Of a stretch of 25,691 nucleotides of DNA, positions 17,171 to 25,338 are shown piece after piece; within the stretch, counting starts at the first letter, position 1; each line of letters opens with the position of its first letter. The DNA is from a virus. Its lineage: Duplodnaviria; Caudoviricetes. The notes under the pieces were generated by a model. It was not told the origin of the DNA. It worked only from the letters and a program-made list of their open reading frames with translations, and did not search any database. The stretch spans positions 1 to 25,691 of the IMG/VR virus record IMGVR_UViG_3300025410_000081. One strand, 5' to 3'. A program made the translations under genes and the position numbers.

Positions 17171-19696
17171 TTAACTCCCTAAGTTATGTTGAGTTCGTGC
17201 TTCTAGAGCGTTTGCAGTTGCTTCTTGCTCTCGGCGCAACTTAGCCTCATCTACCGTCAACTGCGCCGTCTTCATGCGCTCTTGAGTGAGATTGTTTTCA
17301 GCGTTCATAGCGATGTCAGTCTGCTGCTTATCGAATGCGCGCTTCTGTTCGTTCTGCATCGACTGCATGTCGAGTTGAATGTCTGCCTTGTCTTTGGCCG
17401 CACGGCGTTGGGTTTCGGCCATAGACGCCTGCAAGACGGCTTGGGCTTCTGGATCGGCCGGCTGTGCTTGCTGGGCAGACTGAGCGATCTGTGTGGCCAT
17501 CTGACCGAGTTGCTGAATAGCGGGCAGAACCTGTGCAAAGACCTGCGGCGTGTCCATTTTGACGTGACCGGAGGCCAGAGCAAACGCCTTGTCCACCTGA
17601 GCGGCCAGTTTGTTGGTCTCGTATTTACCCAGATCGAGGTTTGAGCCACCAGTAACGTAGGTCTTCATCTGGTTGGTGTACCAGAGCAGCATGTGTTGCT
17701 TGATGTGTTCGAGAGCCGCAGGGATGAACTGAGGCGCGATGTTTGGATTGCTACCCAACGCAGGATCTAAGGCAAAGTCAATGTGAGTTTGAATGTGAGC
17801 CAATTGATCTTGACGTGGGTAAGCAAAAGCGGGCTTGCCGAGAGCCATAGCAGCATTCTCGTCGGCGGCATCCATCTCCAGCGGCTGGCTGGTCTTGGGC
17901 ATCAATTCGTTGACGTTCGGAACCTTCATCTGCTTGAGCATCCGAGACAGCACGGCATTCTGGTCAAATGACTGAGGGAACTGAGCCATCATGGCCATCA
18001 CAGCCTGCGTCTGAGCCATGCGCTGGGTCTCAGAGAAGATGTGCGGGTCAGAAACGGGAACAATGTCTGAGTTGCGATTGAAGTCAGCCTTAGCAATCGG
18101 CAGATCTCTCACCACGTCACCGCGGCGCTGGTCATCCAAGTACCAGCGGTTGATGCGGCCAAGCACCATCAGGACACGGCGCATGGAGTTGTGCAGGCGT
18201 GTGTGGATGCCAGAGTAAACGTGTGAGCCTTGCTCAATCAAAGCCTGAGCAGTACCCACAGGCATGTTATTCGAGGCGTCAGCGATCTTTTCTTCGGCGG
18301 TTGATACCACGCCCTTGGCAGCGTCGTTAAGCCAGCCAAGGAGCGAGAACAAAACTGGGCTGGGTGCGTTGAACGGCATGGGCATCGCAATCTTGCGGAT
18401 GTCGTCCACACCGGGCGCGCCTTCGATCTCAGTGACCTGTGTGATCTCAACCTGTTGGCTTTGGCCAGAGATCTTTGCGCCCTTCAGTTTGAGCATTGTC
18501 AACGAGTTGTTGACGTGAGCAGTATCAAGCAAAGCACGAAGAGAGCCAGTGAGAGCGGCTGAGAGACCACCGATAAGATGAGGGAGGCCAATAGCGTATG
18601 CACCACGCCAAGGAATAAACTTAAACTCAATAATCCAATCAAGTTTGCTAAAAGTCTCATCGCCTTCTTCCCAGTTGCGGTAGATACCCAGAACCTTGTT
18701 ATCCAGTTCATCGATCATCAGCACATAGGGAGCAGACTCGCCCTTGGTGCGCTTGTCGTCTTCGAGGTCGAGCCAAGTGTAGATGTGGTAGACGGTGCGG
18801 AGGCCATCAATGTTGTCGATGTACTTCTTGCCTTCGATCTTCTCGCTGGCCTTTTCAGAGTGGGTTTGGTCAGGCTCGGCAGTGGCACGAACCAAATCCA
18901 CGTCACGGTACAGACCGCGCTCTACTCGTTGATCGTATTCAAACTGAGTGATCTCCTGCTTCTCAGTCACGCGCTGGGCGGTGTAGAAGTTCACCGAGGC
19001 GAATGGCAGGATCACGTTATCGATAGGAACGAACTCAGCGCATGGGCGCTTCTTCTTCTCGTCGTACCAAAGTTTCAAGAACTGAGAGCCACCCAAAGGC
19101 AATTGGGTCAGCAGTTGCTCGGTCTCGTCCCGGAACTCTTCGATCTGCTCGGTCAGTTGCCAGTTAACCCAGTCAACCTTGCGATCGGCGATTTCTTCCT
19201 TGTCGTCAGTAACATCGCCAAGAATCTTCGACTTGACCGGGCCGTCCGGCGGAAAGAGTTCCTTAATCGCGCGTGCAGCGAAGTCAACGCAGGCCTCAGC
19301 CATGACTGGGTGAACAACCTTAGATGCTCCCATAAAGGTTGCACCTCCGGGGGCATCATCACCCATACCAGTACGGCGGATGCCTTCTTCATATTGCTTG
19401 TCACGCTTCTCACGGGCTTCTTTATCTTTGTCAATCAGGTCTAAATACTTGAGGGCCAAGCCTTCCATGTCCCAACTGTTGAGGGTCTCGGCAAGGTTGG
19501 AATAGAACTCTTCGTCGTCTGCTGGGCCTTTGAAATGATCATCTAACTGGACAATCGCCGAGCCGTCAGGCAGTTCTTGCACATCGGACAACTCGTCAGG
19601 CAGATCAACCGTTGCGCTACCGTCATCGTTCTCTTGGATAGGCATACCGTCAATGTGGCGGTCGTAGTCCTGTTCAATAGGCATTTGTGTCGCCAT
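17171..19696 (-). CDS. Portal protein (podoviral, P22-like with long C-terminal extension)
   Basis: 841 aa; 'GASKVVHPVMAEACVDF.ARA.KELFP..GPVK', 'PL.GSQFLK.WYD', 'FKFIPWRGAYAIGL.HLIGGL', 'PVGTAQALIEQG'; Gln/Ala-rich helical C-terminus; downstream of terminase. Confidence 0.88.
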   Translation of the reverse strand: MATQMPIEQDYDRHIDGMPIQENDDGSATVDLPDELSDVQELPDGSAIVQLDDHFKGPADDEEFYSNLAETLNSWDMEGLALKYLDLIDKDKEAREKRDKQYEEGIRRTGMGDDAPGGATFMGASKVVHPVMAEACVDFAARAIKELFPPDGPVKSKILGDVTDDKEEIADRKVDWVNWQLTEQIEEFRDETEQLLTQLPLGGSQFLKLWYDEKKKRPCAEFVPIDNVILPFASVNFYTAQRVTEKQEITQFEYDQRVERGLYRDVDLVRATAEPDQTHSEKASEKIEGKKYIDNIDGLRTVYHIYTWLDLEDDKRTKGESAPYVLMIDELDNKVLGIYRNWEEGDETFSKLDWIIEFKFIPWRGAYAIGLPHLIGGLSAALTGSLRALLDTAHVNNSLTMLKLKGAKISGQSQQVEITQVTEIEGAPGVDDIRKIAMPMPFNAPSPVLFSLLGWLNDAAKGVVSTAEEKIADASNNMPVGTAQALIEQGSHVYSGIHTRLHNSMRRVLMVLGRINRWYLDDQRRGDVVRDLPIAKADFNRNSDIVPVSDPHIFSETQRMAQTQAVMAMMAQFPQSFDQNAVLSRMLKQMKVPNVNELMPKTSQPLEMDAADENAAMALGKPAFAYPRQDQLAHIQTHIDFALDPALGSNPNIAPQFIPAALEHIKQHMLLWYTNQMKTYVTGGSNLDLGKYETNKLAAQVDKAFALASGHVKMDTPQVFAQVLPAIQQLGQMATQIAQSAQQAQPADPEAQAVLQASMAETQRRAAKDKADIQLDMQSMQNEQKRAFDKQQTDIAMNAENNLTQERMKTAQLTVDEAKLRREQEATANALEARTQHNLGS

Positions 19697-19698
19697 GT

Positions 19699-22491
19699 TT
19701 ATCTCGCTTTAAAGTGAATAAGGCCACCGCGCTTGTTCCCGTCTGACTCTTTAGCCAGCAGGTCAGGGGCTTCTACGCCCATAGCAGCAGCAATAGCGGC
19801 ATTTCGACGCCACGGGTCAAAGGCAGCAAACCTAGAGCGTACATCATCCGGGTTAAATGTTACGCGCTCACGGCCAACATCAAACCCAGAATAACCTTGC
19901 TCTTGGGCCTGTTTGGACATAAGGTCGTTCATCTCACGGGCTGAAAGATTAGGGTTTTGAGGTCTTTGCTCATCCCACATGGCATCGCGCTCAGGCGCTT
20001 TCATGTACTCGCCGCTGGTCACCAGAGGCATATTGCGGGTGTTGTTGGATGCTGGATCAGCATAGATCTCTGCGTACTTTGGACTCTTGCTGCTATAGAC
20101 ACCAGCGCCAAACTTTCCGGAGGCCGATGGCTTGATGGCGCTGAAGTCAACGTCTGCATTGGTGACATGATGCTGAGGAGTATTCAGGTCAAAGCCCATA
20201 GCGGCCGCCCGTTGCTCAGGCGTATTGAATGGAGCCAACCCTAAGCCACCCATGCTTACTGGCGCTGCTGCGCGTTGCTGGGCCAGTCTCATGGCTTCAG
20301 AGTTAGGGCCGGTCACGCTCTCGGCTGGATTCTTCAGATACTCAGGCATGAACCCGTTGTAGTCTGGGCGATTCATCTCAGGCGGCAGCAAGACGCTGGC
20401 CTGCGGTGCGTATTGGAATTCCTCGGTCAGTAAGCGTTTCTTTTCTGCTTTCAAGGCTTGCAGGTCAGGCGTGTCACCGAGGTGGGCAATCTGCTTGATG
20501 CGGTCATCGAGGCCACGCACAGCGCCAAGCACTTCTTGGTTGAGCGGGCTGTAGTTAACCACCGAGTTCTGGCCACGGGTCTCTGCTGACATGGCAGGAA
20601 CGGCCAGAGGGCTGTACATTTGTTGGTGAGCGCCCCAAGCGATCTCTTCACCCTTTGGGCCAAACTGATTGCCGTGGATAGCGTGGCCAAACACGTCATG
20701 CACCGTGCGGAACATCTCGTTTGTGTTCAAGCCGGTCTCAGGATCAACCTCATGCAAGAAGTCGTGGCGGTTGCCGCCTTGGAAGGTGTAGATGTGGCCA
20801 TTGCCGTGGATGTCGGCATTCATGGCCGCGCTGTTGGGATAGTTGCCTTCACCGTTGCGATGGAAGGAGATCTCGTAAGGCAGCGAGTTGAACTGGTCTT
20901 TGGTCTCTTTGGCCAACTGTTGATAACTGGCCTTCAGTAGATCGTCGTAGTTCTTAGCCCCTGTCTGCTCGATCAACTCAGGATGTTGCGCTTGGTAAGC
21001 CTTGAAGACGTTTTCTTTGTAGGCTGGGTTGTTCTCAGCGCCAGCCAAAAAAGCCTTGGCAACAGGCAATTGCTTCTGAGCGCTCGATGGCGGCATCTCA
21101 GGCGTTTGGTAATCCCGCCCGTGGATTGTTTGTGTCTTCTTATTGGCTAACTGCCAAGGAAGGTTTGTCTCTGGGTTGGTTACCGTGTCTTTGAGGGCGT
21201 CATGCGAGAATAGTGCCGCACTTCCATCGCCAGCCTCTCGTCTTGCTCGGGCGTCCGCTGCTGCGTTGGAACCCCATATTTCTTGTCGTGTTGCGCCATT
21301 AACAGACGCGCTCGGTGAAGTGGGTTTGACCCGGTAGAACGGGCCGTCTTGTCGTGTGACATAGTTGCTCTCCAAAGGCTTGATCTTATCAGCCGCGTTT
21401 AATGCTTTGTTAACTTGTGGTACATCTCCAACAAGTTTGATGCTTGCGCCGACAGGCAGTCCTTTGGTCAGTCCAAGCAACGACTCAGGGCCAACAGCCA
21501 TACCGGCAAGGTTGCGGGCGGCTCCAGATCCGAAGTTCTCCGAATGCTGGGCGGTCTTACCAGCGCCAAAGTCTTTAAGGCTTGGCAACCGGTTGGCTAT
21601 CGATTCGCTTGTTGGCAGAACTGTCTCTGGGTTCACCCGGTCAATATGCCCAAGCACTGATTGGCTGGGCGAAACGGCGTTGACAACCGATCGGCCAAAG
21701 GATTCAAGGTCGCCGGGAGCGCCAAGCACACCAGAGACAGCGCCCTTGCCTGCGCCGTAGAGCATAGGTAGCAAGCCTTGGGTCACCGCCTCAGATACGC
21801 TGGCATCCTTGCGAGAGTTGCCACCGGCAGCAAAACGCTCGACATGCTCCTTTAGGTTTGGGTTCAAGAGGCTCAGGTGGATACGGCCACCATCGGCTTT
21901 TGTGATGTCCGGAGTCGATGTATCGTATGTGCCTTGGTTGCCGATGTCGGATTTAATTTTATTTGGGTTATAAATACCAAGGTTCTTTATGCCGTTTTCA
22001 CTTGTGTAGTAGGAATCATGTCCTAGTTGTTTGATTAGCCGCTGGATGTCTGGGTGTTCGATTGAATCCCAGTTATTGAACATGCCGCCGCTATCATCGA
22101 CACCAGATATTGCGTCAAGGTCGTATTGAACGCTTTTGTTGCCGGGGAATTGTTTCTTTGCCTCCTCACGGATTGCTTTCATATGCTCTGGGTTGTCATA
22201 ATCAAATGGATTCTTAACTTGCACACGCACAGGCAGAACATTCGGGCCGTGCATACCCGTCGCGCCTTCAGAAAAATTGCTTGCAAACTCTGGGTCAGGT
22301 GATACAAATACACCCTTGCGCGGTGATATGAACTGGCTAATGTCTGCCTGAGTTCCGTGATACATCCTGCGTGTGTCTTTTGATTCAGCCAAAAACTTAG
22401 CAAGGTTTGCCTCACGCTCTGCGGCAGGGACAACCTTGCTTGCCGACTGTGCGGCTTTCAAGGCATTAGCAAGTTCGGTTAAAGCGCCCAT
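19699..22491 (-). CDS. Polyvalent-type multi-domain protein: ART-like domain, HDxxxH domain, second ART-like domain
   Basis: 930 aa; 'MYHGT...GVFVS...NVLPVRVQVKNP...GHDS...IYNPNKIKSDIGNQGTYD' and 'HHVT...GAGVYSS...YAEIYA...GYSG...ERVTFNPDDVRSRFAAFDP' resemble ART-PolyVal; centre 'NEMFRTVHDVFGH...GEE..W..H..MYS...ETRGQNS'. Confidence 0.7.
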   Translation of the reverse strand: MGALTELANALKAAQSASKVVPAAEREANLAKFLAESKDTRRMYHGTQADISQFISPRKGVFVSPDPEFASNFSEGATGMHGPNVLPVRVQVKNPFDYDNPEHMKAIREEAKKQFPGNKSVQYDLDAISGVDDSGGMFNNWDSIEHPDIQRLIKQLGHDSYYTSENGIKNLGIYNPNKIKSDIGNQGTYDTSTPDITKADGGRIHLSLLNPNLKEHVERFAAGGNSRKDASVSEAVTQGLLPMLYGAGKGAVSGVLGAPGDLESFGRSVVNAVSPSQSVLGHIDRVNPETVLPTSESIANRLPSLKDFGAGKTAQHSENFGSGAARNLAGMAVGPESLLGLTKGLPVGASIKLVGDVPQVNKALNAADKIKPLESNYVTRQDGPFYRVKPTSPSASVNGATRQEIWGSNAAADARARREAGDGSAALFSHDALKDTVTNPETNLPWQLANKKTQTIHGRDYQTPEMPPSSAQKQLPVAKAFLAGAENNPAYKENVFKAYQAQHPELIEQTGAKNYDDLLKASYQQLAKETKDQFNSLPYEISFHRNGEGNYPNSAAMNADIHGNGHIYTFQGGNRHDFLHEVDPETGLNTNEMFRTVHDVFGHAIHGNQFGPKGEEIAWGAHQQMYSPLAVPAMSAETRGQNSVVNYSPLNQEVLGAVRGLDDRIKQIAHLGDTPDLQALKAEKKRLLTEEFQYAPQASVLLPPEMNRPDYNGFMPEYLKNPAESVTGPNSEAMRLAQQRAAAPVSMGGLGLAPFNTPEQRAAAMGFDLNTPQHHVTNADVDFSAIKPSASGKFGAGVYSSKSPKYAEIYADPASNNTRNMPLVTSGEYMKAPERDAMWDEQRPQNPNLSAREMNDLMSKQAQEQGYSGFDVGRERVTFNPDDVRSRFAAFDPWRRNAAIAAAMGVEAPDLLAKESDGNKRGGLIHFKAR

Positions 22492-22494
22492 GTA

Positions 22495-23922
22495 TTACAC
22501 CGCATAAGGATTGACCCGAGTAGGTCGGGTATCGACTAGATCATCGTCATCATACCTTGGGGGCGGATCAATGTCTAGATAACCGATGTCTTTCAGAAAC
22601 CGAATCGCTTGCGTAGCGCTATCCACGTAGTCGTCATGCGTCGAGTCAGGGAACGAGCAGATCTGGCTCAAGAAGCCTTCGCACCAGTCCCGGACATAAC
22701 CCTTGCGGATAGACGACTCAGGCAGCCAGACGCGGCCGGTGGTGAAGATCGATGCAGTGATCTGAAGCCGGGTCATCTTGTCAGCCCTGCCCGGATTCCA
22801 GCCACGCACAGGCAGGTGCATATTGCGGAGTTCTTGCAGCAAGGACAGGCCGCTCGCCTTCTCCTCGATCAAGATCAGGTCGGGGCGCTTCATGCGCTTC
22901 TCGTCCCCGTAGGAGTTCTGCCACTCCTCGATGACCTTTGGGCGCAACTGGGGGAAGGTTAGATGCTCTGCCCAGCAATCAATCAGCAAGACGCTTATAG
23001 GCCCATCCTCAGGCTTGAACACACCCCAGCAGGTCATGGCAGTGGGATCGTTGTATTCTTTGTCTGTGTACGCGCAGTCGTAAGACTGGATGATGTACTC
23101 AAAGACAGGGAACGGCTTGTTGTTCGGCCAGAGTTTGAACATGTCACGGCTGACCACCTTGCCGTCTTCCATGTCAACGACCTCGCCCAGAACCTCCTGC
23201 AAGTACAGTTTGGAGCCTTTGTACTGCTCCAACTGCTTCTGGAAGGCTGGGGCAAGGTTGGCAGCGTTGTCGTAGGTTGAGGCGCGGCTGATGATCACGT
23301 CATCCCCTTCGCGGCCAACCAAGTCAAGGATCAGGTCTTTCGGTCTGGGCGTCGTGGTCACGATCACCCGCGGCTCACTATGCGGCTGGCTGTCAGGCTT
23401 GATACGCAGGCCAAGCATCATGTTATCCCACGCCTCGTTCGGCCCGAGATAGTTGAAGGCGGCTAACTCGTCACACCAGCAAAATGAGGAGTTGATACCC
23501 CGCAGACGGTCGTATGAGTCAGCAGACACTCCACGAATGCGTGACCCATTAGTCAGCCTGATCATGTGGTCTTGCTTGTTGTAGTCCTCGACCAGTTCCT
23601 CAGGGATGCAGGCCAAGAGTCCGGACGGCCCTTCAAAGCAGGTGTTCTTCAAGTCACCGCTCGTTGGGGCTAGAACAATGCTCATGGTCTTCGGGTGACA
23701 CCATGCCCACCACCAGAGGGTTTCGGCTGCCGAACGGGTCTTGCCGGCTCCACGGCCGGCGAGCATACAGAAAACCGTGTACTTTTGTTGTAGGTCTGGG
23801 GCGATCTGGTAAGGATGCGCCTCGGCTATCCAGTTGGCCCTTGCAATCAGGGCGATGCGGTTATGCTCCGGCAGAGTCTCGAACTCGTCCGCTGTCTCTT
23901 CGTCCAGCAGATCAGCCAGCAC
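22495..23922 (-). CDS. terL: Terminase large subunit
   Basis: 475 aa; Walker A 'AGRGAGKT', Walker B 'CWCDE', coupling motif 'VTTTP', nuclease acidic residues 'SYDCAY', 'DPTA', 'HDDYVDS'. Confidence 0.95.
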   Translation of the reverse strand: MLADLLDEETADEFETLPEHNRIALIARANWIAEAHPYQIAPDLQQKYTVFCMLAGRGAGKTRSAAETLWWWAWCHPKTMSIVLAPTSGDLKNTCFEGPSGLLACIPEELVEDYNKQDHMIRLTNGSRIRGVSADSYDRLRGINSSFCWCDELAAFNYLGPNEAWDNMMLGLRIKPDSQPHSEPRVIVTTTPRPKDLILDLVGREGDDVIISRASTYDNAANLAPAFQKQLEQYKGSKLYLQEVLGEVVDMEDGKVVSRDMFKLWPNNKPFPVFEYIIQSYDCAYTDKEYNDPTAMTCWGVFKPEDGPISVLLIDCWAEHLTFPQLRPKVIEEWQNSYGDEKRMKRPDLILIEEKASGLSLLQELRNMHLPVRGWNPGRADKMTRLQITASIFTTGRVWLPESSIRKGYVRDWCEGFLSQICSFPDSTHDDYVDSATQAIRFLKDIGYLDIDPPPRYDDDDLVDTRPTRVNPYAV

Positions 23923-24523
23923 GTTTGGTCATCTCCATGTTGCGGATGATCTCAAAGAACTTCGTGGCCGTGTTGTCCTCGGTCTTTATTGCCGCCCCGC
24001 CGTCAACCCCTTCAACCGCCATGCGTTCGCCGTACTTACGCGGCTTCAACTTAGCAGCAGTCCACTTGCGGGCGTCGATCCTGTTCTTTTGCCAAGCAAT
24101 GAAGGCAGAATCCAGTTTGTGGTCAATGATATTGCCCTCTTTGTCCCGAACCTCAACAACGACGGGCTGTTCATCGGCAATTGCTATGATTTCATCAGCA
24201 TTTGTGTCGGCTTGATCTTCCCGAGCGCGCGTGTATATGTCTCGGAAATCTTCAAACATGATCAACCAACGATAAATGGTCGAACAATGCGGAAGGTGAT
24301 CGCTCTTACAGATTTGGACTAATGACTCACCATTAGCAATCCTCCAACACACTTCGTTGGCTATTTCGTCTGTGTACTCTATTGGCCTACCTAAGAACTG
24401 TGCTGGTTCTTTTACGCGCTTCTTTGCGGGCGTTGGTACTTTGGCCTTAGTTGCGGCTTTTCGCGGCTTGGTGACCTTTGTGATGGTCTTTGTAGCGGTT
24501 TCTGGCATAACCCGTATTCCCAT
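23912..24523 (-). CDS. terS: Terminase small subunit
   Basis: 'GRPIEYTDEIANEVCWRIANGESLVQICK..HLP..STIYRWL...YTRARE...RIDARKW.AAKL.PRKYG' (Sf6 gp1-like HTH); overlaps terL start; alternative start ATG 24508. Confidence 0.9.
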   Translation of the reverse strand: MGIRVMPETATKTITKVTKPRKAATKAKVPTPAKKRVKEPAQFLGRPIEYTDEIANEVCWRIANGESLVQICKSDHLPHCSTIYRWLIMFEDFRDIYTRAREDQADTNADEIIAIADEQPVVVEVRDKEGNIIDHKLDSAFIAWQKNRIDARKWTAAKLKPRKYGERMAVEGVDGGAAIKTEDNTATKFFEIIRNMEMTKRAG

Positions 24524-24542
24524 GAAAGTTGAATTGATTGAT

Positions 24543-24572
24543 AGTCTAATCGATTCGCTTTCAATTCGCTAC
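24543..24572 (-). promoter_or_regulatory. Candidate late promoter / activator site upstream of terS
   Basis: Minus strand TAGCGAATTGA-AAGCGAATCGA-T-TAGACT: 11-bp-phased AGCGAAT direct repeat next to a -10-like TAGACT, with no -35 hexamer. Confidence 0.4.
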
Positions 24573-24578
24573 TAGGTT

Positions 24579-24662
24579 GTTGGCGGCTCACATAAAGCAG
24601 TGTATTTCACACTAAAGAATTTGAATCAACCAACGTCGGCGCTAACCCGGCGCACCGCCAAC
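24579..24662 (-). ncRNA. Candidate small structured RNA (84 nt)
   Basis: Closing inverted repeat GTTGGCGG/CCGCCAAC enclosing two hairpins; fills the XRE-terS intergenic gap; strand inferred from gene context. Confidence 0.45.
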
Positions 24663-24664
24663 GC

Positions 24665-24922
24665 TTAGATTTTACCATCTTTTAGGCCGTTAGTGTGCAA
24701 ACTCCACGCCCCTTGGCCACGCCATTCAACCCGGAAACCAAGCATATCAATGGCCCTCATCAGTTGGGCTACCGTTGCAAGTTGCGGCTTAACAGCAAGT
24801 GTCTCAATTCTGGCTAACGTCGGGACAGATACCCCAGCGTACTTAGCAAACTGCGGTTGAGACCAACCCAATGCGCCCCTCACTGACCTCAATATCGCCG
24901 CGATGTCTTTATCGTTTGTCAT
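24665..24922 (-). CDS. XRE-family helix-turn-helix protein
   Basis: Likely start ATG 24922 (MTNDKDIAAIL, 85 aa); 'LRSVRGALGWSQPQFAKYAGVSVPTLARIE...PQLATVAQLMRAI' is a Cro/C1-type HTH. Confidence 0.8.
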   Translation of the reverse strand: MTNDKDIAAILRSVRGALGWSQPQFAKYAGVSVPTLARIETLAVKPQLATVAQLMRAIDMLGFRVEWRGQGAWSLHTNGLKDGKI

Positions 24923-24931
24923 GTCTTTCCA

Positions 24932-25124
24932 TACTGTCGATGGTGAAATCGGAAGCATAGCAAGCCCATACCGTATCAAAATACAGACTCGCTTTTCTGT
25001 CGCGTGGAGCCATCCTCGCACAGCATCCCAGACTATTCTCAACCACCCGGCTCTAGGATTCGCCCACCGCCCCTGCTTTGGCTTGCTCGTGTCACAGGGT
25101 ATCTCTTGCCCAACCATCGACGTA
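24932..25124 (-). ncRNA. Candidate structured RNA/DNA element with nested long-range stems
   Basis: GTCGATGGT(24936-44)/ACCATCGAC(25113-21), AGCAAGCC(24959-66)/GGCTTGCT(25080-87) and GAGCC(25007-11)/GGCTC(25049-53) are nested. Confidence 0.45.
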
Positions 25125-25140
25125 CCGCATTAGGCTGTCC

Positions 25141-25302
25141 AAAAGCAAAACCCCGCAAGATGCTCTGTGGTCTTGGCTCTTGGCGGGAGCAACAACAAGA
25201 CGATTGAATCAAGTCAAAAGACTCGTCTGCTGTACGACAAGACCACACAGTACCCTGCGGGGTATATCAACCTGATTCATCGCCCAGATGCCACTCCAGA
25301 CG
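25141..25302 (-). ncRNA. Structured leader RNA (C4-antisense-like architecture, tentative)
   Basis: 5' hairpin 25281-25302 pairs fully only on the minus strand (3 G-U); 25-bp imperfect stem 25151-75/25238-62 encloses two sub-hairpins; followed by TTTTGCTTTT. Confidence 0.55.
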
Positions 25303-25307
25303 AAAGA

Positions 25308-25338
25308 ATTATACACAAGGAAATGCAGGAAGTGTCAA
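25308..25338 (-). promoter_or_regulatory. Sigma70-type promoter TTGACA-N19-TATAAT
   Basis: Perfect -35 (25333-38) and -10 (25308-13) hexamers on the minus strand; 19-bp spacer; predicted start near 25301 coincides with the first hairpin. Confidence 0.65.

Noticed and set aside
12039-19444. Long plus-strand ORFs (12039-12872, 13641-14315, 15823-16644, 18578-19444)
   Set aside because: Lie opposite well-supported structural genes and show no recognisable motifs.
24579-24662. tRNA gene or intrinsic terminator
   Set aside because: tRNA-like size and closing stem, but no TTCRA T-loop, D-arm or CCA end, and no U-tract on either strand.
24923-25117. N-terminal extension of the XRE ORF to 150 aa
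   Set aside because: The HTH begins right after Met at 24922; the extension looks non-protein-like and overlaps nested inverted repeats.
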